Shown: piece by piece, positions 36,366 to 48,574 of the stretch
How positions within the stretch are numbered: position 1 is the first letter of the stretch
Layout: every line of letters begins with the position of its first letter
Assembly: GCF_006345805.1 (NCBI RefSeq)
Contig: NC_042998.1
Span: 26,908,001-26,972,000 of the forward strand
Length of the DNA: 64,000 nt
Direction of reading: 5' to 3'
DNA from: Octopus sinensis
Taxonomy: Eukaryota
Notes under the pieces: model-generated
Told to the model about the DNA's origin: nothing
What the model saw: only the letters and a program-made list of their open reading frames with translations
Database searches by the model: none
Position numbers and translations under genes: made by a program

Positions 36366-36630
36366 GGTGAATAAACTGTCATCTAAATTACAGAAAAATG
36401 AAAATAACACTGGCATCTCAATTTAACAGATGTATTTACCAAAATTGCATAAAAATATCTTGAAATACTAAAGAATAAATTTATTCAATAAAATCGCCAT
36501 TGGCTTCAACCATAGCCTCCAGACAACTTTGGAATTTCCTTGTTTAAGTTAGTGAATGCTGCCATAATCCTTGCCTTCAGTTCATCTTTGATGTGCAGTT
36601 GAACGAGAGACTAAGAAAACTCCTTGCAGA
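36366..36630 (-). mobile_element. 3' end of maT-like Tc1/mariner element
   Basis: Minus-strand KDELKARIMAAFTNLNKE..., then degenerate EAMVEANGDFIE* and terminal sequence. Confidence 0.65.
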
Positions 36631-36939
36631 ATCCTCATACGTCACCTAATGATGGGAGAGTCCATGATATATATAGACCATAAAAAAAAGTCAAGGGTTA
36701 AGAGAGATGACTGTATTTACACAACCACTTGATATCCATAGGATGATGGCTGTTCTGCAGCCTTCATCATGAAATAATAATTTCTGTGTATAATAGATTA
36801 TTTTGAATGTCTGCACCAATACGCATGCTACATATTGCACAGTACTATTGTGCATTTACAAATCAATGCAGATCTAGAAAGCTTATTCTTCAGATCAACT
36901 GAACATCATGGTTGCACCAATACACATATAGACACACGT

Positions 36940-36989
<50 letters not shown>

Positions 36990-37039
36990 TATATACATAT
37001 TCCAAAATGTAACCACATGTAGACTGTTGGCAATGTTTT

Positions 37040-37200
37040 TCCTTTGTCTTCCTTTTCTCTTGGACTTTCCTCTGTCTCCTGTTTCTGAAAAAGGGCTTTG
37101 CTCGAAACATAAAACACGTTTTCTTTCCTTCTCTTAGCATGTTATTAATACTTTCCATGTACCACATCCTCGTGTTGTTGTTTTTTTTTGTTGTCCTTTC
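37040..37200 (+). mobile_element. Penelope-like terminus with degenerate minimal hammerhead (37080-37116)
   Basis: uguuu-CUGAAAA-a-gggc-uuu-gcuc-GAAAC-AUA-aaaca; G8 to A and G16.2 to A. Confidence 0.55.
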
Positions 37201-37493
37201 TTCTGTTTTTTTTATTAATGATATATATATAATCACTACAGATATAGGGTGAAAGATTATTAATTTAATAAAATCAACAAATTTCACCTAGTAGTTTTTC
37301 GGTATGGAAAAGGACCATATTCGATAAAAACTTATACAAAAAGGTTTTTTTTTATAAATAATTATAGCAATAAGGGTTTAGCAACAAGTTGCTTGACCAC
37401 ATACCGAAAATTTTAGAAATAGCAGCCAAAGACTATTTCCTTTTCTACAAAAATATGTCTCCACAGACAACAATATTTGTAACTCACACATGG

Positions 37494-37528
<35 letters not shown>

Positions 37529-37571
37529 ACAATCAAAATCAAATCATATATCAGAAAGCAGGGGTTAAATG

Positions 37572-38295
37572 ACCCATCCGTTCGTGTCCGCTGTCAGCCT
37601 CATCTGGCACCCGTGTCGGTGATACGTAAAAGCTCCATTCGCTCATGGCCGTTTGCCAGCTCTGCCTGGCCCCCGTGTCGGTGGCACGTAAAAGCACCAT
37701 CCGTTCGTGTTCGTTGCCAGCCTCGCCTGGGCCTGTGCCGGTGACACGTAAAAGCACCGTCCGTTCGTGGCCGTTTGCCAGCTCTGTCTGGCCCCGTGTC
37801 GGTGGCACGTAAAAGCACCATCCATTCGTGGCTGTTTGCCAGCTCTGTCTGGCCCCGTGTCGGTGGCACGTAAAAGCACCATCCGTTCGTGTCCGTTGCC
37901 AGCCTCGGCTGGCCCCCGTGCCGGTGACACGTAAAAAGCACCGTCCGTTCGTGGCCGTTTGCCAGCTCTGTCTGGCAACCGTGTCGGTGGCACGTAAAAG
38001 CACCATCCGTTCGTGTCCGTTGCCAGCATCGCCTGGCCCCGTGCCGGTGACACGTAAAAGCACCATCTGTTCGTGGCCGTTCACCAGCTCTGTCTGGCAC
38101 CTGTGCAGGTGGCACGTAAAAAACACCCACTACACTCGCGGAGTGGTTGGCGTTAGGAAGGGCATCCAGCCGTAGAAACACTGCCAGATCAGACTGGGCC
38201 TGACGAAGCCTTCCAGCTTCACAGACCCCAGTTGACCCGTCCAACCCATGCTAGCATGGAAAGCGGACGCTAAATGATGATGATGATGATGATGA
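37572..38295 (+). mobile_element. RTE-type 3' fragment with 9-unit ~60-bp tandem array (37572-38130)
   Basis: Nine gtg(c/t)cggtg(g/a)cacgtaaaagcacc-type units, then tail motif and (GAT)n. Confidence 0.9.
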
Positions 38296-38917
38296 TATAT
38301 ATATATATTTAAGCCACAATATATGGATTCAACTAATCTGGTGGTACTCATAAAAAGAGCTACTTAATGTATCATTCTACACCACATATACAATATAGTA
38401 TGATACAAAAGAAAAAAATAACTTTTATCATAGTATATTTCTCTATTTATAATCTTTGTGTATGTGTGTGTGCACGCGCATGTATTAGTCATTGGCTAAT
38501 ATTGTCTTTGTGACATTTATTCCTCATCACATAATTATCTCTGATTGTTCCTGCATTAAATATCTTAACACAGATTTCACAGACAGACAGAAAATTCTTT
38601 CATTTTCTAAGACTTAGTTCCACACAAATGTATCCTTTCAGCAATTCATTTTTCATCTACTTTTTTTCTCTAATCACTAAACCAGCAACAATTTAAAGTG
38701 TACCTATCTCCTCGAGTTACTTACTTATCCCAGTCTGAGACACCTTACATAGTTAATAGCAATTAAGAAATTGCAAATGGAAAAATTTGCCTCTTCATCA
38801 AATATAGAATATCATTTCTTGAACAACTCAATACTCTGACACCATTAATAAAAACGCAAAAACAAGAATAACTGTGCAGGAAGCATGTTTCATTATAAGC
38901 CTTGTTTTTATCACTGA

Positions 38918-39306
38918 CTAGCAGTATCGCCCGGCATTGCTCGGGTTTGTTTCGACCCTTTAGAATCGGAATTTTTGAAAAGTAAAAATTTTGCATTATG
39001 TAGCTTATTCTCTTTAGGTGAGCCTTTTTCTGGTTGAAATACACCAAAAAATGGCAACACGGCAATAAAAAAATCGTAAAAAATAGGGATTTTCATAGAA
39101 AAAAGGCACCTTTTTGATGTAAATAATTTTTGGTCTTAACATGGTCCGATTTGAATTTTTTCTGCTACGGAAGGAAGAGCAAGCCTTCTTCTGTCATACT
39201 CTCAATTTTGGTCAACTTGCGCAGCAGGGTCTCGGAGGAGATAGTGTTAGTTGAAGGCTATCAAACCTGCCATACACAAACAACTTCAGCTTTATATATA
39301 TAGAGA
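38918..39306 (-). mobile_element. non-autonomous Helitron-type element
   Basis: Minus strand starts A|TC and ends CTAG|T, with GC hairpin cccgagcaatgccggg about 10 nt before CTAG; no TSD. Confidence 0.72.
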
Positions 39307-39987
39307 TAAAAATACCCTGATTTGAAACAAGTTTAAGATGAGAATCAAAGGAATCATTTCTTTATATTTCACTTCTTATTCTCGTTAATCCCTTCAACAA
39401 CATAACAGAAAAGAGATAATCTCTGTTAGAGACACCTTTATCATGCAAGTATGTTTTCCTTTTATCTTTTACTCACTTCATTCATTGGACTGCATCCAGT
39501 ATAATCTTGCTGGATTTTAACCAAGCAGATTCCCCCACCCCATGTAGTCAGGTACTTATTCTGTTAGACTCGTCTGCTAAAACCACCAAGATATAGGAGA
39601 TGTAAACAAACCAACACCAGACATTAAGCAAGGTGGTGGTAAGGAGACAGATACAAATACACACATGCATATACACATGCATGCACACATACATACACAT
39701 ACATAGAGCTTCTACACAGTTTCTATCAACCAAATTCACTCACAAGACTTTGGTCGGCTAGAGGCAATAGTAAAAGACGCTTGTCCGAGGTACTGCACAG
39801 TGGGATTGAACCCAAAGCATGTGGTTGCAAAGCAAGCTTCTGAACCACACAGCCACTTATGTTTTTCAGTTTTTCTAAATTTGTTGTATCTTCAAATTAA
39901 TTTCAAATTAATGTGAAACTATTTTTACCAAGGATATTCCAAACCTCACTTCTCATCATCATCATCACCTATTTTTAAAAGCATTAA

Positions 39988-40199
39988 CACTTTACCATTT
40001 AAACTGACCATATCTGGTTCAAATATTCCACTTGTTTTATCCTCAAACAGGCCAAATCTGGCCTCTCGAACCTACCCTACCACATTATTTGAAAAACAAA
40101 CAACCACATCATCAAAAATCTCAAAGCAATGAGATAGTGCATGATTAATTCAAAACATTGTGAATAAATAAGCATTACATTTGAGAGAATGCTAAAGTG
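39988..40199. mobile_element. piggyBac-type MITE
   Basis: TTAA on both sides; TIR CACTTTA(C/G)CATT; relatives at ~33030, ~51655, ~54980, 59106 and ~61180. Confidence 0.85.
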
Positions 40200-42062
40200 T
40201 TAAACGTAGTGTCAGATAAAATACTGTGCAGTATTTTATCAGTTCAAATCTCAAGATTGATTTTTTGCCTTACAACTCTACAGCATAAGTACATGTGATG
40301 TAGTGGAACTGACACAAATTCCTATACCCTCTCCCCTCTCTAATTTATAGTCTTATTTGTGCCTGTAAGAGCTTTTACTATTATTTAAACTTATCAAGCA
40401 ATTTGATAGAAGTTGATTTCATATAAATAACCCAATTTTCAACTTAATGTATTGCCATCATTATGACACATAAATCCTATAAGTTCATCTTATCATGTAT
40501 CATATATATATATATATAATATATATATATATACGTGAATGTGTGTGTGCGTGTGTGCATATACAAGCAATAAATTTCTTATTTTTAGCTTTAGCAGTAC
40601 ATATTCTTCTGCCTGTAAGTTATGGCAAGTAAATCACCAACTCTCATAGTTAAGTTATTTCCTCTGGTGGCATTTTTATGCAATTAAAATGTCTATTACT
40701 ATCTGAAATGTATACCTGTTCTGGGCCACAAATGAATGCAAAATATATGTCAACTTACACCTAATTTATTTTATCAATATTTCTATAAACATCATTATAC
40801 ATTAGAACACTGATGTTTTTTCTCGTTTAGAATCAAGCATCAAAGAGAGAGAGACCATAAATATGAAATTATAATTGAAAAAAAATGCTTCATAAGAAGC
40901 GGAAAAAAATTGCATTAGATAGATCCTAATCATACCTTACCAAAATCAATTTTGCTTTAAACAATTCTATTTGGCAGTAACTTTGAGGTTGGATTTTTTT
41001 TTCTTTCTTTTTTCTTTTTCTATGTTCATATAATATTATAGAGTCACATCCTATCCTAATATTTCATAAAATGTCACTCCACTTTACTATACACCACACC
41101 TCAACTAGTTTTCTGAAAAGAAATGGGCACAATAAAATATATATTGTAATTTTAAAATTTTAAAGGGAAAATAAATTGAAAAGAACTTGAGTTGGGAGCG
41201 ATAAAGAATTAAATCTTTTGATAGAAAATGTGTTTTAGAAGAAGTGGAATAATGGTATGAAATATGACAGCAATGTAGGTATAATAGGAAAGAGAGAAGG
41301 AAATTAAGAGAGAAGAGAAGAGTAGGTCAATGATCAGTGTGACAACTGAATAAGGTCATAAGTAGACAGTTGTAGTGAGAGATAAAAAAGATTTTTATGT
41401 AGAAAACGCTTGCAGCTATGTTAAAAATATCACTTTATATTTCCTAACTGAAGACTTTGAGTAACATAAACAATTTATTTTCAGTTTGCAAATTAAATGC
41501 AATTAGTTCAAGACATTAAGTTAAATGTTAGATGCAGAGTATCAGTTACTAATCAGTGAGTATCCAAATGTATTTAAATTTAGAAAACTAATTATGCCAA
41601 GTAAATATACATGGTAATTTTATTTGGCTAGAAGAGTTAGCTTGAAAACAGTCAGCAGAATCGACACAACTCTAATTAAATCACAAATTAGAAATATTTT
41701 TTTTTCTTTTTTAATATTCGAAGATTAATTTATAAAATACACACATGCACACTAAATATATCTATATGATTTTCATTCTGTATGGTGTACTACTATATCA
41801 GTATTGAACTGTTGGTTGTCAATTGATGGGCTTATATAATAATAAAAGTATGAGATATAAATTAAATGTTTAAAATCTAAAGATGAATAATGGTTCCAGG
41901 GATGTAAAAGATACTGTCCTGAAATTAAAACAGCCTGCATATGTACAGATATGTGCATGCATGCATAAGACACATGGTTTTAAAAAATCCACCAATTAAC
42001 TTCTAATCTTACTTCAAATATAATACAGGTTTTATGTTTCCAAAACAAATTATTTTAACCAA

Positions 42063-42228
42063 TAGGTGCAGGTGTGGTCGTGTGGTAAGAAGCTTGCTTC
42101 TCAACCACATGGCTCTAGGTTCAGTCCCACTGTGTGGAACCTTGGGCAAGTATCTTCCATAGCCTCGGGACAACCAAAGCCTTGTGAGTGGATTTGGTAG
42201 ACAGAAACTGAAAGAAGCCTATTGTATG

Positions 42229-42282
<54 letters not shown>

Positions 42283-42520
42283 ATGTGTGTGTATGTATGT
42301 ATGTATGTATGTATTTGTGTATCTGTCTTTGTACCCCCACCATTGCTTGACAACTGATTTTGGGTGTGTTTACATACCCATAAATGGTTTGGCAAAAAAG
42401 ACTGATAAAATAAGTACTAAGCTTACAAAGAATAAGTCCTGGGGTCGATTTGCTCAACTAAAGGCGGTGCTCCAGCATGACCGCAGTCAAATGATTGAAA
42501 CAAGTAAAAGAATAAAAGAA
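42063..42520 (+). mobile_element. SINE family B, full length
   Basis: Colinear with other copies. Confidence 0.88.
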
Positions 42521-44563
42521 TAAAGTGAATGCGGGAAAAACAAAGCAGGAATTTTGAAAGAAGTATCTATAAAACTAGTTTTTAAACATCAAATGGTTAT
42601 GTTGGTCCACCAGAATAAAACACTAATCAAAGGTGTCCATACATAAAAGAAACGGTTGAGAACCAGTGGTCCAACAACTGACATGCTTCTGTCTTATTTA
42701 AACCAGCTTCACTGATGCTTAGAAAAAGTTCACCATGAAAGGATTTCTTTCCCCCCACCTAACCCCAGTAGAACTTCAGGTGTTGATTAAGTATTCCTTT
42801 TTCTGCATGCTATGTCACTTTCTCAGTGCACTTGCTGTCAATGTTGAAGCTCAAAGACTTTATATTTAGTTTTCTCATATAATTCTTGCTCTGTTTCTTA
42901 CCGAATATAGATTCTTTTCTTCGGTCACGCACATCATACAAATTACTTGTCATATCTAAATAATTTCTCTCTCAATTTTTCTTCTTCCCAACTAGTTGAA
43001 TTTCAGAAACCTTATATTCCTTCAAAACAGATTATCTAAGGGCCAGTTTATTGCAGTGACTGTGAACCATAAAAGTGGAATAGGTCATTTGTTTATAAGG
43101 TCCAGTCTTGTTTCCCCTGTCTGGATTTAAGAATCAACTCTTATTTCCATTAGAAATATTTTCATATATTTTCTTGCATCTTAATTGTTTGTTTTTGATG
43201 CCATAGCCGTGATATTCAAGAAAAATATTTTTGTCTCTATTTTAGAATGTTTATAACAATCTAAGGAGTAAAATACAGGAAATCCAGTCCAGTAAATTTC
43301 TTTCCACATATCTTCCAGTGTTTAGTGCTGCCACCAAAATCCTTTTCCCCTATACATATTTGTCATACAGTTTTTAAAATATCCATACAAATTTCTAGTA
43401 ATTTATCAACCTTTTGAAAACCCAGAATAGCACAGGAATTGAATACAATAAAGATGAGATAAGGGGTGTGATATAGATGTATCTTGAAGGAAAAAAAACT
43501 ATAGTGAGTGTAAGGTTCTTTCAAGATTAGATAGAAAAAAAAAACTTGTACGTAACATGAATATGATGGCTTCCAAGAATTTGGTGATGATTGCAGATAT
43601 TTTGTAAACATCAAGTGATTTCGAAGTCCAAGAATGGAAACATTTAGAAGAAACACATCAATGCAATATTTACTTAGCAGCATTTAGTAAAATAGTTCTC
43701 AAGAGCCATTCTATTGACTAACCAAATATACTCACATTCTTCTTATTCAGTAACCTTTCTGCTCTTAGAGAAAATTTACAAAAATTTGCTATGTAAGAAT
43801 GGATATTCCAAGTTGAGGAAAGACAAGTAATTGATTTACCATTAGGTTTTGCAGTGCTCATACTTTACAAGAAGAAAAATGTTTTCTAGTGAAATCCTTA
43901 AATGTCTGTTAGTCAAGACATAATCAAAGTCAATCTTATATATAAATTAAAGTTTTCTAGTGATTTCATTTAGTTTATTTAACTTTTCTACAAGAAAATT
44001 TACATTAACTGTGATGAAAGTAATCTTGTATGGCTTATAATTCGATAGTTCAAAGTTTTCCTTCTTTTGCTTCTCTCTTGTTCAATTTCTCAAACAAAAT
44101 AATATTAATAATGATAATAAAAGAAATGAATAGAAACACATGCTGAATATCTTCAAATCTTAATTACTGTAAATTCAAACTGCAATCTACGAAAAGATAC
44201 TCTGATGAGAAGTTTTGTTCTGAAATTATTTGGAAAAAGGATGAAAATTAAAATTTAAATTAAAAGCAAAAATCTGTAATTGGATAATGGTACATTAACT
44301 CCAACACTATCTCTAGAAAGGAGTCACTACATTCTGACTTGCTAGAAACAGCAGTTGCATCTATCTAAAAACATATTACAATATTAATACAAAGGGCACA
44401 CAGGGTAACAGATTTCAAGGTTCACTCTGCTTGGAAAAGAAAAAATACCTTCAATCTCCTAGTCAGCTTGAACAGGGCCAAACTGGGGTCAAACAACAAC
44501 ATGAAGATATTATGTACACACACACACATACATACATATGTATGTATATCCTATTTATGTGAA

Positions 44564-44788
44564 TTAAGGCGGCGAACTGGCAGAAACGTTAGCACGCCAG
44601 GCGAAATGCGTAGCAGTATTTCGTCTACCGTTACGTTCTGGGTTCAAATTCCGCCGAGGTCGACTTTGCCTTTCATCCTTTTGGGGTCGATAAACTAAGT
44701 ACCAGTTACGCACTGGGGTCAATGTAATCGACTTAATCCGTTTGTTTGTCCCCTCTGTGTTTAGCCCCTTGTGGGTAGTAAAGAAATA
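44564..44788 (+). mobile_element. SINE family A with 12-bp TSD
   Basis: tatttatgtgaa at 44552-44563 and 44789-44800. Confidence 0.92.
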
Positions 44789-45594
44789 TATTTATGTGAA
44801 CTGAAAACTGTCATTCAAGTTTCATGTTTCCAGTCTTCAGACAGCAATGAATATTGGAGCAAGTACAACCAGTGTGTGTGTGTGTGTGTGTGAGTGAGAA
44901 CGTGTGTGTGATAGCTTCTACCTTTAAAAAAAAATGTGAAATTGTTTGAATATAGTGCTAGATGCTGAGGGGAAACATCATATTCTGGTATTTCGTATAT
45001 GAGAGTTTGAGTATATATTACAATTTACTTTGTAGTTAAAGTGCATCTGAACATAAAAAAAAAAGAAAGAATGTAATGTCTTCCTTTATCTTACGAAAAC
45101 ATACATATAATAAAATTATATATAGTATTACATACATATTTTTTTTTTATCAGATAAGATTTTTTTCTTTTTTTTTATGTTCATATGCACTTTAACAACA
45201 AAGGGAAAATATATTAACAACAAATAAAAACGCTCATATGCAAAATACAAGAATTCAGTAGTGCCACACCTGCATCCAAACAGCACCCTGTATTTACATT
45301 ATATTTATTTTATTTCATGGAAAGAAGTTACAGAAGCTGGTTGTTCTCGCACTAAAATTTACTGTCATCTGAAGATGAAATTTGGAGTAACAGGTCATTA
45401 AATTTTCAGTTTACAATAAACAGGAGAAAATTCCTCAATGTGTACTGAATATTTTTTCCTTCTTCATGCAACTTTTTGCTCCATTATAATTGATTTAATT
45501 TTTTTTACTTGTTTCAGTTATTAGACTGGCCATGCTGGGGCGCCACTTTCAAGAATTTTAATCAAATAAAATAACTCCAGTACTTTTTTGTCAC

Positions 45595-46100
45595 TTGTGC
45601 CCGTGCGAGTAGGGTGCCAAGAGCACCATCCGAGCATGATCATTACCAGAGCAGCCAACTGGCTTCTGTGCTGGTGGCACGTAAAAGGGCACCATTCGAG
45701 CATGATCATTACCAACGTCGCCTTACTGGTACCTGTACCAGTGGCATGTGTAAAAAGATTCAAGCGAGGTCATTGCCAGTACCACCTGACTGGCCCCTGT
45801 GCTGTGGCACGTAAAAGGGCACCATTTGAGCGTGATTGTTACCAATGTCGCCTTACTGGCACCTGTGCCGGTAGCATGTGTAAAAAGATTCGAGCAAAGA
45901 TTTTTACATGTAGTGGCATGTAAAAAGCACCCACTACACTCTCGGAGTGGTTGGTGTTAGGAAGGGCATCCAGCTGTAGAAACTCTGCCAGATCAAGATT
46001 GGAGCCTGGTGCAGCCATCTGATTCGCCAGCCCTCAGTCAAAATCATCCAACCCATGCTAGCATGGAAAGCGGACGTTAAACGATGACAATGATGATGAT
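45595..46100 (+). mobile_element. RTE-type 3' fragment with diverged tandem units, nested in a SINE B (45500-46380, minus)
   Basis: About 5 units with the ggcacgtaaaagggcacc core; (GAT)n tail. Confidence 0.8.
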
Positions 46101-47341
46101 ACTCTTTTGCCAAACTGTTTGTTTCATTATGGGGATGTAAACACACCAACACCAGTTGTCAAGCAGTGGTGGGGGGCAAACACATACACACAGATACATG
46201 CACGCACAGAAACACACACACGACAGGCTTCTTTTAGTTTCCGTCTACCAAATCAACTCACAAGGCTTTGGTCAACCCCAAGGCTATTGTAGAAGACACT
46301 TGCCCAAAGTGCCACATAGTTGGACTGAACCCGGAACCATGTGGTTGGGAAGCAAGCTTCTTACCACACAGCCACGCCTGCACCTATAAGGAAAGCTAAT
46401 GCTTTAACACCAGTGCTTTGCCTTCATTGAAAACTGACAATGTTATAACATAGTATAAAGTTTTATAACTCAAGGATGTGTGGTAATCTTGCTTTTCCCC
46501 ATACAAAATGTTAGTAATATTATACAAATGATCTTGTTATTCATCTTGTCACATGTTACCACAGTAACATAGATGCTCTTGCATTCTCTCTCTCTCTCTC
46601 CCTCCCTCTTTCTCTCTTACCCCCCTCTCTCTCTCTCATTCTGCATTCACACACATACACTGCATAACTGAAGGTCTGCAGCTATTCAAATTCCTTTGTT
46701 GACCAAAATTGTATTTATTGTTGCCTAAAAGCATCATATTCAGCCAGTCTTTAGAGTATTTGAAAGTAACTAATTGCAAAATGTAAATATTCAATGACAT
46801 CAGCAGACTGATATGGTATTTGAGGAACAAGGACATGCTTTGCAAAGATTCATTCGGTGGAAACTCAAGACAAATCTGATTAGAAATTTATCTTCATTTC
46901 ATTAAATATTCATGATGAATGTCACATTGTGAATACACCAAGAAAATCTCTGTTGATAGTTCAAATGTTACTTTATAAATGAAAGTGAGATTAAAGCATG
47001 TCTAGGTTTGTGCATACATATATGTAAAACATGTAAACAGCTCAGTAGGTGGCATCTACCAAAATATTTCTAAGCATGTTTAACAATTGCTGCTATTGAC
47101 GTACTGTCAGCATGAAGATATGAATTTCTAAACAGGTACAATTTCTTTGTATATAATTTCTTCTAAGCAATGAAACAAATGTTTGAAGAGGCTGTAGGAA
47201 ACCATGTATCTTGAAAAAAAATATACATGACTTTTAAATGTGTCTATATAGTTTGTTATATTTTATAATGAACAGGTTTGGCAACAATTCTGAGATAAAA
47301 TTATCTTCAAGCAATTATAAGTAATTGATTCGATGATTTCA

Positions 47342-47344
<3 letters not shown>

Positions 47345-47383
<39 letters not shown>

Positions 47384-47611
47384 GGACCTTTTGAGTGGGA
47401 TGGGTTACTCAACCAGAAGAAAATTCTAACTAGGCCCCTCCTGCAAGGTCATGCACTGTTTATCTTGATATGAGATCACCATGTCACGCACATATGGTTG
47501 TGATGCATGTGCCTGGTGTACCCTTATCAGACGGGTAGTCATGATGGGTATACTGGGCTTCATATATTTTACCCCAGTGTCACTTTGATGGCATGCACTG
47601 CTCTCTCACTC

Positions 47612-47648
<37 letters not shown>

Positions 47649-47655
47649 GTAATAA
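47345..47655 (+). mobile_element. interspersed-repeat-like segment with (AAT)n at both ends
   Basis: ~230-bp mid-GC segment ending ctctctcactc-(AAT)n; family not recognised. Confidence 0.35.
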
Positions 47656-47981
47656 TAATAATCATGGTTTCATGATAGTGGGGAAAAACAGACACACATA
47701 CATAGACACACACAAACACAGACACACACAAACGCACACACACACAGACACACACAAACGCACACACTCACAGACACATATATACATACATACATGATAG
47801 GCTTCTTACAGTTTCTATCTACCAAATCCACTCACAAGGCTTTGTTCAACCCAAGGCTATAGTAGAAGACACTTGCCCAATGTGTCACACAGTGAGACTG
47901 AACTCAGGACCATGTGATTAGGAAGCCAGCTTCTTAGCTCACTACCATGTATAACCATTTGTCTATTCATACTCGGCATCA

Positions 47982-48391
47982 GCAGAAGTTACAAAGTAGC
48001 TCAACAGCTGAGAGCTTTGTGCATTGGGAACTTATCAAACTGGTTTTAAATTAAGGAGTCATGAATTTATAAACCAGTGATAATAGTATTTCCTTGGATT
48101 GTTCTGGAACAAATCCTAAAAACAATACACTATATCAAATGGTTAATGCATATTTCCGAAATGGCTTGCATGTTACACTGTTCAATCAATTAATCAATCA
48201 AGCAAGAAAGAAAGAAAGAAAAAGGAAGGAAATAAGGAAAATTTAAAGAAACATGCATTCTTATGCACACATAAACAAATAAGGGAGTCATTACCACAGG
48301 TATATAGACATATGACCCTTTGATCTGAAACCAATTTGATAACTGCCAACATATGAAACTCTTGGCCCTTGAGTCACTCAATGACTTCTGC
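47982..48391. mobile_element. MITE, same TIRs as 13651-13749
   Basis: gcagaagttacaaagtagctcaa... / ...ccttgagtcactcaatgacttctgc. Confidence 0.55.
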
Positions 48392-48518
48392 CAACTAGTA
48401 ATGAAAAAAATATTTATATACTCATGCTTTGAATTTTATTTTCCTGTTTGAATAACCAAACCTTTATTTATATATATATATATACACACACACATACATA
48501 TATATATACACACACACA

Positions 48519-48574
48519 CTTTATTAATAAAGCTGCAAAGTTTTTGCGATGTCTTTGCAGCTTTATTAATAAAG
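48519..48574. repeat. perfect 22-bp inverted repeat at the truncated end of a Penelope-like terminus
   Basis: ctttattaataaagctgcaaag, 12-nt spacer, reverse complement. Confidence 0.9.

Noticed and set aside
37572-38130. CRISPR-like repeat array
   Set aside because: The between-core sequences are homologous to each other rather than unique spacers; eukaryotic retroelement context; no cas genes.
37490-38351. 191-214 aa repetitive ORFs, also at 8087-8754, 13821-14438 and 61452-62420
   Set aside because: Open in several frames on both strands because they run through GC-rich tandem units in an RTE 3' UTR, downstream of the ORF stop.
40589-40614. Micro-exon-like AG...GTAAGT segments (also 18354, 49047 and 49535)
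   Set aside because: Expected by chance in AT-rich DNA; no frame chain can be built without RNA data.
46636-46880. Protein-like frames here and at 43363-43683, 57420-57760 and 22380-22620
   Set aside because: Interrupted by stops or lacking splice sites; no family motif recognised with confidence.
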